Assembly (NCBI RefSeq): GCF_006345805.1
Contig: NC_043016.1
Span: 11,656,001 to 11,720,000 of the forward strand
DNA from: Octopus sinensis
Taxonomy: Eukaryota
Reading direction: 5' to 3'
DNA length: 64,000 nt
The notes beneath the pieces are model-generated. The model ran no database searches and was not told the origin of the DNA. It saw only the letters and a program-made list of their open reading frames with translations. The position numbers and the translations under genes are program-made. Positions 13,094 to 26,549 of this stretch are shown here, piece by piece (within the stretch, counting starts at the first letter, position 1; each line of letters begins with the position of its first letter).

Positions 13094-13473
13094 AGGTGCA
13101 GGAGTGGCTGTGTGGTAAGTAGCTTGCTAACCAACCACATGATTCCGGGTTCAGTCCCACTACATGGCATCTTGGGCAAGTGTCTTCTACTATAGCCCCG
13201 GGCCGACCAATGCTTTGTGAGTGGATTTGGTAGACGGAAACTGAAAGAAGCCTGTTGTATATATATATATATATATGTATGTGTGTTTGTCACCTTAGCA
13301 TTGCTTGACAACCGATGCTGGTGTGTGTATGTCCCCGTTACTTAGCGGTTCGGCAAAAGAGACCAATAGAATAAGTACTGGGCTTACAAAAAGAATAAGT
13401 CCCAGGGTCGAGTTGCTCGATTAAAGGCGGTGCTCCAGCATGGCCGCAGTCAAATGACTGAAACAAGTAAAAG
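13094..13473 (+). mobile_element. SINE family A, full length
   Basis: Colinear with the 7638 copy. Confidence 0.85.
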
Positions 13474-14544
13474 ATTACATGCCTTGAAGAAACCCTGGAA
13501 ATAATTACATCCAGAGAAAACTTAATAAATAGACACTCTTAGATAGTCATATCATGTAACCATCATCATCAATGTTTTACGTTTATTCTCCCTACTGGCA
13601 TGGGTCAGACGGTTTGTCTGAAGTCTGGAGAGCCAACAGCTACACCAGGCTGCAGTCTGATCTGGCATTGTTTCTACAGCTGGATGCCCTTCCTAACACC
13701 AACCATTCTGGGAGTGTAGAGGGTGCTTTTTACATGCCAAACGAAATATCATTCATGGAATTTGAAAAACATATTTTAAACTGAAGTAACAAATTATAGA
13801 ACAGTGAAGGAACCCAAGTAAATAACGAACATACGTATAGGTGCAAGTGTGACTGTGGTAGGAAGGTTCAGTCCCAGTGTGTGGCACCTTGGGCAAGTGT
13901 CTTCTACTATAGTCTTGGACCGACCAAAGCTTTCTGAGTGGACTTGGTAGATGGAAACTGAAAGAAGCCTGTCGTATATATGTTTGTGTGTTTGTGTTTG
14001 TCCCACCACCATCTACTCACAGATGCATATTATCACATCCATCCATTCACACACCTGTCACTATAGCTGCTAACCTCTCAGAACAACAGTTACCCCCACC
14101 ACCACCACCACACACACACACATCCTACAACACTCAGTTACCACCACACGTACGCATGCTATCACACACATACACACATGCAGTTACTTCCACACACACA
14201 CACATATTACCATACATACATACATGGGCTGTCACACATGCACACCAACCGTCTTCACACTCTGCTGTCCCAGAAAGTACTTTTCCTTCATTCCTTCTAC
14301 TTCCAGTCACTTCAGAAATGTAACCACACACGTGGACTGTTGGCCATTTTTTCCCCTCCGTTCTGCTTTATCTTTAGACTGTTTTTCCTATTTCCAAAGA
14401 GGAGCTATGCTCAAAATGTAAAACAACTACTCTCTTCTTTTTCAGCATCTTATTAATACATCGCTTGTGCTATGTCCTCATGTGTTTGTTTTTTCTTTTC
14501 CTTTGTTTTTCTTAATTGACTGTGTGTATATATATATGTATCAT

Positions 14545-16016
14545 GGCTGATGCCAGCGCCGCCTTGACTGGCTTCCATGCTGGTGGCACGTAAAATGCAC
14601 CAATCTGACTGTGGCTGTTGCCAGCCTCGCCTGGCACCTGTGCGGGTGGCACGTAAAAAGCACCCACTACACTCACGGAGTGGTTGGCGTTAGGAAGGGC
14701 ATCCAGCTGTAGAAACATTGCCACATAAGACCAGAGCCTGGTGCAGCCTTCTGGCTTCCCAGATCCCCAGTCGAACCGTCCAACCCATGCTAGCATGGAG
14801 AACGGACGTTAAACGATGATGATGATGATGATTATGTATGTATGTATGTATGTATGTACGTATATATGTGTGTATATATATATATGTATGTATGTATATA
14901 TGTGTGTATATATGTATGTGTGTAGGAGATCAAAAGTGTACATACGCTACTATATGTATATATAAAAAGACAAAACAAAACAAAAATGTGGAACAAGAAC
15001 ATAACAGGCAACAACAAAACATCCGGACAGGGAAAAACAAGGACGGATCATTCAGTATCGGGGTCGGCCAGATTGGAGCAGTCTCAAGTGTAACCAGCCG
15101 AAACTGCAGGGATTATCTGGAACTCGACTGATGATAGAAGGTTCTGAATGACCCGTCCATTATTTTTTTCCTAACCTTCTTTGTCTCGTCTAACCGTCCG
15201 GATGTTTTGTTGTCACTTGTTACGTTCTTGTTCCATTTCTTTGCTTTGTCTTTTATATATATATGTTGGTGGCATGTAAAAAGCACCATCCAAAGCTAGT
15301 GCCGCCTCGACTGGCTTACGTACCTGTGGCACGTAAAATGCACCAATCTGACCGTGGCCGATGCCAGCCTCGCCTGGCACCAGTGCAGGTGGCACGTAAA
15401 AAGCACCCACTACACTCACGGAGTGGTTGGCGTTAGGAAGGGCATCTAGCTGTAGAAACATTGCCAGATAAGACCGGAGCCTGGTGCAGCCTTCTGGCTT
15501 CCCAGATCCCCGGTCGAACCGTCCAACCCATGCTAGCATGGAGAACAGACGTTAAACGATGATGATGATATATATATATATATTATTAGCATGGCCGTGT
15601 TGCTAAACTTGCTTTACAACCACATGGTTGTGGAACACCTTGAGCAAGTACATTTTATTATGGCTTCAGGTTGACCAAAGCCTTGTCGGTGTATTTGAAA
15701 GGCAATAATTGTGTGGAAGCCTGTCGAGCGTAGCAGTTACTAGCGTCGCCTGACTGGCGTCCGTGTCGGTGACACGTAAAAGCACCAACCGATCGTGGGC
15801 GTTTGCCAGCCTGCGCTGGCTCCTGTGCCGGTGGCATGTAAAAAACACCCACTATACTCTCGGAGTGGTTGACGTTAGGAAGGGCATCCAGCTGTAGAAA
15901 CAATGCCAGATCAGACTGGGCCTGGTGCAGCCTCCATGGCTTCCCAGACCCCGGTCGAACTGTCCAACTCATGCTAGCATATGAAAACGGACGTTAAATG
16001 ATGTTGATGATGATGA
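14545..16016 (+). mobile_element. Three RTE 3'-end fragments (about 14545-14832, 15266-15570, 15755-16016)
   Basis: Each has gtggcacgtaaaa ... taggaagggcat ... ggacgttaaa(gat)n or a close variant. Confidence 0.8.
14958..15262. mobile_element. Foldback element with nested inverted repeats; homolog at about 30392-30873 interrupted by a SINE A
   Basis: Outer arms about 14958-15028 / 15196-15262; inner arms 15041-15055 / 15144-15158. The core aligns in reverse with about 30452-30510. Confidence 0.7.
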
Positions 16017-16317
16017 TATTTACTGACGCACACACACACACACACACACACACAGAGGCATACTGACCATTTTCTCTTTATTCCTACTTCCGGTCACTTA
16101 CTTCAAAACTGTAATCACACATGATTGTTAGTGATTTTTTTTTTCCTCCTTCATTCCTGTTTCTTGTTTCCAAAGAAGAGCTATGCTTGAAATGTAAAAC
16201 TTCTACTCTTTTCCTTCTCTGTGCATCTTATTAATACATTGCTTGTACCGTTTCCAAATGTGTATTGGTTTTTTTCTTTTTCTGCATCTGTTTGAATTGT
16301 TTATATATGTATGAGTG

Positions 16318-16764
16318 TGTGTAGGAGTAGCTGTGTGGTAAGAAGCTTGCTTCCCAACCAGATGGTTCCAGGTTCAATCCCTCTGTGTGGCACCATGGGC
16401 AAGTGTCTTCTACTATAGCCTTGGGCCGACCAAAACCTTGTGAGTGAATTTGGTTCACAGAAACTGAAAAGAAGGCCATTGTATATGTATATATTATGTA
16501 TGTATGTATATTATATATACATATATATATATATTATTTATACATACATACACACATACAGATATATATATATATATATTTATATTTGTGTATGTATGTA
16601 TATATTTGTGTGTTTACATCCCTGTAACTTAGCAGTTCGGCAAGAGAAACCAGTAGGATAAGTACTGGACTTACAAAGAATAAGTCCTGTGGTCGATTTG
16701 TTCAACTAAAGGCAGTGCTCCAGCATGGCCACAGTCAAATGACTGAAATGAGTAAAAGAAGAAA

Positions 16765-16765
<1 letters not shown>
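16318..16765 (+). mobile_element. SINE family A, diverged
   Basis: Head, body and tail motifs present. Confidence 0.8.
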
Positions 16766-16806
<41 letters not shown>

Positions 16807-17136
16807 ATAACAATAATCCTTATTTTAATGCATTGCTACATGTGTTCCCACAAATCACATGCCTCTTAAAATCATGGTCAGTATTCCTGGGTTGTTTACA
16901 GCGTAGTCCATCGTATCCGTGGGTATCAGGTAGATCATCTTCAAGTCATTTCTTCAGGTGATATAGCATTAATGGATGTTTAACTGAGGGTTGTTTATCA
17001 CAGAATGAACCCCAAAATATGGTTTACCAGTCAGCTTCATTAGGCTGTAGCTGGCGTAATGGGATAAGAGCTTTATCTTTTCTTTGTGTATTCAAAACGT
17101 TTCCCATTAACAAATTTAAAAGATATATATATATAT

Positions 17137-17530
17137 AGGCGCAGGAGTGGCTGTGTGGTAAGTAGCTTGCTAACCAGCCACATGGTTCCGGGTTCAGTCC
17201 CACTGCGTGGCATCTTGGGCAAGTGTCTTCTGCTATAGCCCCGGGCCGACCAATGCCTTGTGAGTGGATTTGGTAGACGGAAACTGAAAGAAGCCTGTCG
17301 TATATATATATATATGTATGTATGTGTGTGTGTCTGTGTTTGTCCCCCTAGCATTGCTTGACAACCGATGCTGGTGTGTTTACATCCCCGTCACTTAGCA
17401 GTTCGGCAAAAAGAGACCGATAGAATAAGTACTGGGCTTACAAAAAGAATAAGTCCCGGGGTCGATTTGCTCGACTAAAGGCGGTGCTCCAGCATGGCCG
17501 CAGTCAAATGACTGAAACAAGTAAAAGAGT
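17137..17530 (+). mobile_element. SINE family A, full length
   Basis: Colinear with the 7638 copy. Confidence 0.85.
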
Positions 17531-17654
17531 ATATACACACACACATTTAAAATTAAATAATCGAGGTAAAATATTGATATTAATTAGAATAATATTAATT
17601 TAAACCAGTGGCCTAGCATATTGAAAAAAATCTGACGATTCAGAAAATTATATT

Positions 17655-17800
17655 ACATATAAGAGGAATGACCACTAGGTGGACTCCGGATATGGTCTGA
17701 TTACTAAGAAAAATTAAGAACAATTTTTCTTAGTAGTCAGACTATTGGGTCTACATTTAGCATATTAGGAGTCCACCTAGTGGTCATTCCTTTTATATGT
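17655..17800. repeat. Nested inverted repeat (33-bp outer and 22-bp inner arms)
   Basis: Outer arms 17655-17687 / 17768-17800; inner arms 17694-17715 / 17722-17743. Confidence 0.9.
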
Positions 17801-17809
17801 GTGTGTATG

Positions 17810-17840
<31 letters not shown>

Positions 17841-18167
17841 TGGCCTGGTGCAACCTTCTGGCTTCCCAGACCCCTGTTGAACCGTCCAACCCATGCTAGC
17901 ATGGAAAGCGGACGTTAAACGATGATGATGATGAGATAGATAGATAGCTAGATAGATACTTACTTACTTGGAAAAGGATAAGAGAAAGGAAGAGAAAAAA
18001 CGACAAGAGTAAAAGGATAGAAGAGTGGGAGAAGAGGAGGTAAAAGAATAAGAGAAAGGAATGGAGAAAACGAAATAGTAAAAGGAAGAATAGTGGGAGA
18101 AGAGAAAAAACAAAAGAATAATAGGGAGAAGAATCACATCAGAGTTATTAAGATATATATATATATA

Positions 18168-18567
18168 CTAGCAGTATCGCCCGGTGTTGCTCGGATTTGT
18201 AAGGGAAATAAATATATAAGCATTTTTAGAGATGTAAAGTATAATAGCCATCTCAATATGGCTAACCACAAAGGGGGGGGAGGTGTTGCTGTAGCTTTTT
18301 ACGTTCAGAGATTTAATAATACATTTTTAGAGAGTTACTTCCCTTGTATATGCCAAAAATGCATTAAAAATGGGAAAAATTGATGGTAAATTCTTTTTTA
18401 AAATCGTAGATTCATCGTAGACGCGTGCTAATACCCAGAAGGGCTCGATATGAATCACGACTATAAGATACCCGGTTTTGGTTAAACTGCATTGCAAAAT
18501 GTGGGAGCAGTTAGGAATCTTAATCGTAGGAGACAGACAGCACACAACCTTACTTTTATATATAAAG
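18168..18567 (-). mobile_element. Non-autonomous Helitron-like element
   Basis: ctagcagtatcgcccggtgttgctcgg is the reverse complement of a hairpin plus CTAG end; the other end is ttttatatataaag. Homologous to 31729-32028. Confidence 0.75.
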
Positions 18568-20374
18568 CTTAGAAGTAACAGGAGCATTATTAATACCAAA
18601 CGATAATCATTATGTCCAACATAAAGTTGATGTGTTATCTACTTTGGGAGGGTCTCTTATATGGATGTATAGTGCATAAAAGCACACATCCGTCCGTGGC
18701 CGTTTGCCAGCTCTGTCTGGCACCTGTGCGGGTGGCACGTAAAAAGCACCCACTACACTCACGGAGTGGTTGGTGTTAGGAAGGGCATCCAGCTGTAGAA
18801 ACACTGCCAGATCAGACTGGGCCTGGTGTAGCCTTCTGGCTTCCCAGCCCCCTGTTGAACCGTCCAACCCATGCCAGCATGGAAAGCAGACGCTAAACGA
18901 TGATGATGATGATGATGATAGAAGCAATATTAATAATGAAAGGCAATCTTTATGTCCAACTTAACTTGGATGCTTTGTTAGAACACTGCTTCTGGTACAA
19001 TTTATTATTTATTAAACTTTATTTTTCTCGCAAACTTACCAGCCTACTCAATCTATCCAAGTCTCTGTACCACTTATGTATCTCTTCCGTATAACTCAAC
19101 GGTGCACTCCCAACATATCTTCGCTCTCTTCTCCCCCTTTCTTCCTCCTCCTCTTCCGCCTGAAGTCGGCGTTTATCTCCTCAGCTGCAAGGGCACCCGC
19201 TATACGGTCCTTCTGTCGTACTCTAATTCCTCATCACTTTCCTTAATACTGCCCCCCCCCATACACACTCCTTAGTCTTGCAAGTTATTTGCTGACCTTT
19301 GCCTCGTGCTGGTACCACATGAAAAAAAGCACCCAGTACACTCTGGAAAACGGTTAGCATTAGGAAGGGCATCCATCTGTAAAAACCACACCAAAACAAA
19401 CAGTAGAACTTGGCACAGTCTTCTTGCTTGCCAGCTTTTGTCTAACCATCCAACCCACGCCAACATGGAAACGATATGTTAAATGGTGACGGTGATGATG
19501 ATGATGGTGTTTGTGACATCAAATCTTAAGCAAGTTTGTTTTTTGTTTTTTTTTTTGTTTGTTCCCCCTTTTCCGGTTTTCTGTGTTTTTTTTTTTTTTT
19601 TTTTCTTTTTTCTACATTTTACTTTACAGTGCTTCACTTCATCTTGGCTAGGGGCAGAATGTAGGTGAAAATATCAGACTCTCCATGGAAATGTCAATAA
19701 AGCTGATCACTTGCTGATACAAACTCGTTATATACATACTCGTGAAAAGGTCAATTAAGCTGATTAATTACCAATACTTACTTCTGGTCATGAAAGGTCA
19801 AGTTCATATACTTTATTGACTTCTATTTCTGCATGAATGTGTGTGTGTGTGTGTGTGTGTGAAATGGTTTGATCACGGGATAACACATTGTGTCCATGGT
19901 CCTTGTAGACTCTCCAAGAGCCATAAAACAATGGTCTATGTTTCCCTTGATCAAGCATAAAGAGTTGATGGCTACCGGAAAACCATGAGCATGGAAGGAG
20001 TTCCAAAGATATGATATTCCAGAGAGTTAAGGATTAATTAGGTACAGTGCTAAGTGTGGCAGGCTGCGGATGGTAGAAGGGTGGAAATAAGGATACCATA
20101 AAGAGAAGAAGAGGTGGATCTGAGTTGAAACTCAGTTCCAGGTCATCCAGCTTTGTGTAAGGAGAAGGGGCCGTTGAAGTAACAATAGAAGAGGCAAAGC
20201 AAGGGGCCAGATTGCATGTAGGGCCACAGATTGATACATATGAGTGGTGGTGGTGGGGGCTGACTTCATGAAAATCAGCTAAATAGCATTGTTGTTGTTG
20301 TTGCTGTTTTTTTTATTATGTAGTCTATAATGTCTGTATAATTAATAGCAGAAATATACTCTCTCTCTCTCTCT

Positions 20375-20742
20375 CTTTTACTCTTTTACTTGTTTCAGTC
20401 ATTTGACTGCGGCCATGCTGGAGCACCGCCTTTTTTAGTCGAGCAAATCGACCCCAGGACTTATTCTTTGTAAGCCTAGTACTTATTCTATCATTCTCTT
20501 TTGCCGAACCACTAAGTAACGGGGACGTAAACACACCAGCATTGGTTGTCAAGCGATGTTTTTTTTTGGGGGGGGGGGAACAAAGACAGACACACAAACA
20601 CACACACATATATACATATATATATATATACAACGGGCTTCTTTCAGTTTCTGTCTACCAAATCCACTCACAAGTCTTTGGTCGGCCCGAGGTTACAGTA
20701 GAAAACACTTGCCCAAGGTGCCACACAGCCACTCCTGCGCCT
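20375..20742 (-). mobile_element. SINE family A (short internal deletion in head)
   Basis: Reverse complement of family A. Confidence 0.8.
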
Positions 20743-21319
20743 ATATCTATCCATCTTCTCCACACCCGTCTACTATTCCTGAGAGGGTCTTGGGGGTAGA
20801 GTCCTCAGGCACCTCCTCTACAGGGCCCTATCAAAATACTTCACGATTGAGTTCCCAGTGTGGCTAACAGAGACCATGGATGTTATCCACCCATCTTGTC
20901 TTTGGTCTGCTGCAAGGTTTCTTGCTGGTTTGGCTTAAAGAATTTATCTTGTGAGTCTCTCAAGTGACATTCTAATCACATATTTGTCAGTAGAATTCCA
21001 TTTCAGCCACTTGTATTCATGACCATAGCATAGCTCAGTTAGTAGGACATCAGACATTTAATCCAAGGGTCGTAGGTTCACACACCACTGTGGGCAACAC
21101 AAGTATTTTTAATTGTGGTGCACCAGCATGGCCGGCCACAACTCTCAAGCTGAAAGGACAGGTATGCAAATTGAATTGATGTTAGCAGAAAGATGACAGG
21201 TAAAAACAACTCGGATTAAAACAGGGGGATTATTAAACCAATGTCTAATAAAGTTTTCTCTCCTATTAAACTACCATAAACCCCTTTTATAAATACATAC
21301 TTTTTTTTTTCACCAGCGT

Positions 21320-21550
21320 CGGTGGTAAGAAGTTGGCTTCCCACCAGGATTCATGGTTCAGTCTCACTGTTCAGCACCTTGGGCAAGTGTCTTCTACTAT
21401 AGTCTCAGGCCAACCGAGTCCTTTTTAGTGGATTTGGTAGATGGAAATTTATAGAAGCCCATCATGTGTATGTGTATGTATGTGTGTGTGTGTGTGTGTG
21501 TATGTATATATGCATGTGTGTGTGTATATATATGTATGTATATGTAAATA

Positions 21551-21591
<41 letters not shown>

Positions 21592-22240
21592 GTATGGATA
21601 TATGTATGTATATATCAGGTGTCTTTGTGTTTGCCCCTCTACCCACGCCCATTACAGTTTGACAACCAGTGTTGGTATGTTTACTTCCCGTAACTTAGCA
21701 GTTTGACAAAAGAGACCAATAGAATAAGTAATAGGCTTAAAAGAATAAGTCGATTTGTTCAACTAAGAACTGTACAAGGCGATGCTCCAGCATAGCCACA
21801 GTCAAATGACCGAAACAAGTAAAACATAAGAAAAAAGATGTGGAGTGGCTGTGTGGTAAGTAGCTTGTTTACCAACCACATGGTTCCGGTTCAGTCCCAC
21901 TGCATGGCACCTTGGGCAAGTGTCTCTACTATAGCCTCGGGCCGACCAAAGCCTTGTGAGTGGATTTGTAGACGGAAACTGAAGAAGCCTGTCGTATATA
22001 TGTATATATATATGTGGTGTGTGTGTTTGTGTATCTGTGTTTTTATCCCCCTAGCATTGCTTGACAACCGATGCTGGTGTGTTTATGTCCCCGTCACTTA
22101 GCAGTTCGGCAAAACAGACTGATAGAATAAGTACTGGGCTTACAAAGAATAAGTCCCGGGGTCGAGTTGCTCAACTAAAGGCGGTGCTCCAGCATGGCCG
22201 CAATCAAATGACTGAAACGAGTAAAAGAGAGAGTAAGAGT
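21320..22240 (+). mobile_element. Two adjacent SINE family A copies (about 21320-21830 and 21838-22240)
   Basis: Two head-to-tail sets of family A motifs. Confidence 0.8.
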
Positions 22241-22708
22241 AGCATCTTTTGTTTTAATTTTCATTGTTCCTCCCGTCATCCGTTATTAGAGAAAAAAATA
22301 CAATAAATTAATCATTTCTAATTATTTTTATCAAACATCAATATAGTTTATGCATACGGTTTATATTCAGTCCTACTCTAGGCACAAGGCCTGAAATTTG
22401 GCGGGGGGGGGCAGTCGTTTAGATCGACCTCCGAAAGGATGAAAGACAAAGTTGACCTCAGCAGAATCTGAACTCAGAACGTTAAAGAATTTATGTTCTG
22501 AGTTTCATATTCTGCTGAGGTCGACTTTGCCTTTCATCCTTTCAGGGGTCGTTAAATTAAGTACCAGTTGTGTACTGGGTTTATTTATATTAGTCAGACT
22601 GTTGTCTTCATCTTGGTTGTTGCTTCTTTCGCTTCTAGTCTGTTCTTGTTATCAGAATTTCAAACCAAACCCATTGTTTTGACCTACAGGGGTCCATTGT
22701 TCTCATTC

Positions 22709-22748
<40 letters not shown>

Positions 22749-24119
22749 TGACATTGAACTATTATGGGAATTACTTTGTGCCTTGGCAGGGATTGAACTC
22801 AGAACCTGTAGATGACTGCACTGCATTAATCAATATCTTTACTATGTTATGCTCAAAGCCAGCAGTTTGCAGGGTTGGAGGAGGTGCAGTCAATTAAATC
22901 AACCTTCTTACTCAACTGGTTCTCTTTTATTGACCTTGAAACGATGATGATATTGATGATGATGGCAATGATGACGATGACAGTGAACAAGGACAGTAAT
23001 TTAACAGACAGTTCTCAGATAAAATTCGAAAGGAATGTTTTAATTTCAATTTAAACACTTTAACCATTTACCAAATTTCTAGTGAAATATACATTCAATG
23101 TGAAACACGTGACCTAGGTGGTCCAGTGGTCAGGATGATTCAGCTTGTGACGATAAGACCGTGGGTTCAATTCCTGACCCAGGTTAGAGCACAAGGTAGT
23201 CTCTGAACCCTTTCAAACTTCTCAACCCATGCTGGCATGGAACATGGAAGCAAAATGAAAACATTGCATTACACAAAAGTCACAGAGTAAACCTTCTGGT
23301 ATCCATCTGCATGATGTGGGTCTTCATTGAGTTTTTATACCCTTATCCTAACCTGATAGTGTCAGGTGCCACAAAGAAGGCCACCATTTTGCAGAAAAGT
23401 AATTTCCTTGCGTATTTGTCATTAATTTTCCCCTCTTCTGTCTACATCCAATACATCTGAGTAAATTAATTAACTATGCTGTATTCACATTGATTAGGAA
23501 TCGAGTAAGAAAGAATATTTGGTGAATCCAAATTAAATTATACTGAATGCTTAATTAGCATCTATAGCTAGCTTTCTCTGTTATCTTTTACCTTTTTTCA
23601 GTCAAGCTGGGGCCATGCTGGAGTACTTACCTCGAAGGGTGTAATCAAACAAATTGATTCCAGTACCTTTTGTCTTTTTTTTTCCTTTAGCCAGGCACAT
23701 ATTCTATCAGTCCCTTTTGCCAAACCACTAAGTTATGGAGGGTGTAAACAAACCAACTCTGATCATCAAGCATGCGGTGGGAGACAAATACACACATGCA
23801 CACACAACAGGCTTCTTTCAGTTTCCTTCTACAAAATTCTCTCACGTGGCTTTGATTGACTCAGGCTTGTAGTAATAGAAGACACTTGCCCAATGTGTCA
23901 CAGTGTGACTGAACTTGGAACCTTGATATACAGCTGTGTCTGCCCCTATAGCCTATTATTCACTATTTTGCATTTATTCTTAAATGCTTTCATTTAGCAG
24001 GAACATACTTTTATTCTTTTGATCGGGGGGACCACCTACTTTTGACAAAGATATTTCCATTTTCTATATGGAAGCACCGAAACATATTATAGTCAATAAT
24101 GTTATCTTAATGTCTTTAA

Positions 24120-24351
24120 CCTTTTTGATACCAACCCATCTTCAGTCCTATGGTACAAACTTCCTGTTGAAAACTGATCTGAATTCAAATCAGCCATCAA
24201 AATCTTGTGTTAAATTATTTTGCAAAGATAACCTTGATAATGACACAGTTAATTTACTAAAGTTTTCATTAATTTCAAAATTAATCAAAACAAAAGTAGT
24301 AGTTTTTTTTTTTTTTTTTTTTTTTTTTCAAGAAAATATGGTAACAAAAGG
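24120..24351. mobile_element. piggyBac-like MITE, related subfamily
   Basis: TTAA|cctttttgatacc ... ggtaacaaaagg. Confidence 0.6.
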
Positions 24352-26025
24352 ATAAAAGGTTCAGTGGAATGAACCAGAAACCATATCATTACAAAATGAT
24401 GTTCTTAAAGATGCAACCATGACAACAGCTATATTAAGCTATATATATATATATATTTCATCTTAATTTAGTAATATGTATCGGCGAAGTTGAGCAATAT
24501 AAACCTCGTTTAGTTAGTTTTTAATTTCTTTTATTATTATTATTTTTTTTTAGTGAAGGTGAGGAAATCTCTTTAAAGTTGACTAAAAACAAAAAGTTAA
24601 TTTCAATGTTCTTTTAAAAATTAAGAAAATCCATTACATACCATAACTTTTCCATTTTTGACAATTAAACATACAACGCTGCAGGGGGAAAAAAATCCAA
24701 TGGAATAATTTAGAAAAGAAAAAAAAATGAGTTTGCAAATTTTCTAAGATTAAACAATTCATAATCTCCAGTGTTTAAAATAGAGCTAAAAAAGAAGATT
24801 CTAAATAAGTTTTGTATCACAATCTGTATAAGGCACATGGCTCAGTGGTTAGAGTATCGGACTCACAATCATGAGGTAGTGAGTTCGATTCCTAGACTGT
24901 GCTGTGTGTTGTGGTTTTCATATTGCTCCAGTTCACTCAGCTGTAGAAATGAGTTGTGACATCAGTGGTACCATGCCGTATCAGTCTTTACTTTTCCTTT
25001 GGATAACATCGGTGGTGTGGAGAAAAGAGGGCTGGTATGCATGGGCGACTGCTGGTCTTACATAAAACAACTTGCTGGTGACATGTAAAATGTACCATTC
25101 AAGCATGGACATTGCCAGTGCTGCCGGACTGGTTTCTGTGCTGGTGGCACATAAAAAGCACCATTCAAGCATGGTCGATGCCATTACTGCCTGACTGGCC
25201 CTCGTGCTAGTGGCATGTAAAAAGAACCCATTACACTCTCAGAGTGGTTGGCATTAGGAAGGGCATCCAACTGTAGAAACTCTGCCAGATCAAGATTGGG
25301 AGCCTGGTGCAGCCTTCTGGCTTGCTAGTCCTCAGTCAAACCATCCAACCCATGCCAGCATGGAAAGCGGACATTAAATGACGATGGTGATGATGATGAT
25401 GGTGTGTATGTGTGTGTGGCTGGATTTTCAAGACTGGAATGGCATTGTGCTATTTCCTTTCACAGTTAGTATAAAAATGAACACTTATATCTTTTGCAAA
25501 TGATAGACTCATTATGTTCAAAATAAAAAATTTACTCCTAATTACAATGATGATCAAGTTATTTAGCTGCTTGCTGTATTTCCCTGGCAACACCAAGTAT
25601 TCTAGTACCTATTCAAAAAATAAACATAATTTTCTATCAGGAGAATTAAGAAATTCAAGAGACTGTGAAATAATAATAATTTCATGTTATTTCAGGTGAA
25701 ATAGTAATTTCTTCTTTTTTTTTCTAAAAGGTTGAACTTTAAATAGACAAAGCTTTGAATAATGGCAAGTAAATATTAAGTGGAAAAAAAAATCCTTTTA
25801 ATTTAAAAAGTTGAAGGTTGCCTGTAGCATAAACAATATATGTGTATGTATAAATGAGTCCAACCCATGCTAGCATGGAAAACGGACGCTAAATGATGAT
25901 GATGATGATGTATGTTTATATATATATAAAGTTAATCCAAACAAGAAAACAAAAAAGACAACAACGCGAGGAGGTGGAACAATTAAAGTATTATTAGGCG
26001 CTCAGGAAAAACGGGAAGAAGGAGG

Positions 26026-26060
26026 GTATGACGTTTCGAGCGGAGCTCTTCGTCGGAAAC
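26026..26060 (-). ncRNA. Minimal hammerhead-like fold, U4C variant (predicted)
   Basis: gttt-CCGACGA-a-gagc-tcc-gctc-GAAA-cg-T-C-atac. Stem I has 3 of 4 pairs. Confidence 0.5.
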
Positions 26061-26549
26061 ATAGGAGAAAGAAAGATCCCGAGGTGGGAGGACAGAGGGA
26101 AAAAAAGTGCAAGTGGTCTGCACGAGGTCATTATATTAAATTAGAGATAAAACCACTATTAGGCAAATCAAACAGTGAAAATCATAAGCCAATACATAGG
26201 AATAAAATTAATTAAAAAATATATAAAAAAAATATAAAATATAAAAATCCAATTAAAATATTTAAATTAAAGTTAAAATTTTTAAAATTATTTAAATTAA
26301 TAATTTAAACTTATAAATTATAATATATATATATTTTTATTATTTTATATATATATAGTACGTTTAAATATTTGTTGTGCAAGATTTTTTTATGTGAAGT
26401 CGTGGCTAAACTGGCAATATGACCATTCTGAAATATAACAAAATATATATATATATATATATAATTTCAACAATTGAGGGTAAAATTAATTAATTAATCA
26501 ATTTCACCAAGTATTCAGTATGCAAAGGGACCATTTAAGGCGAATTCAA

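Noticed and set aside
17630-17660. CTGACGA-ttca-GAAA next to the long hairpin
   Set aside because: No stem II is possible, and tctga/tcaga forms its own hairpin.
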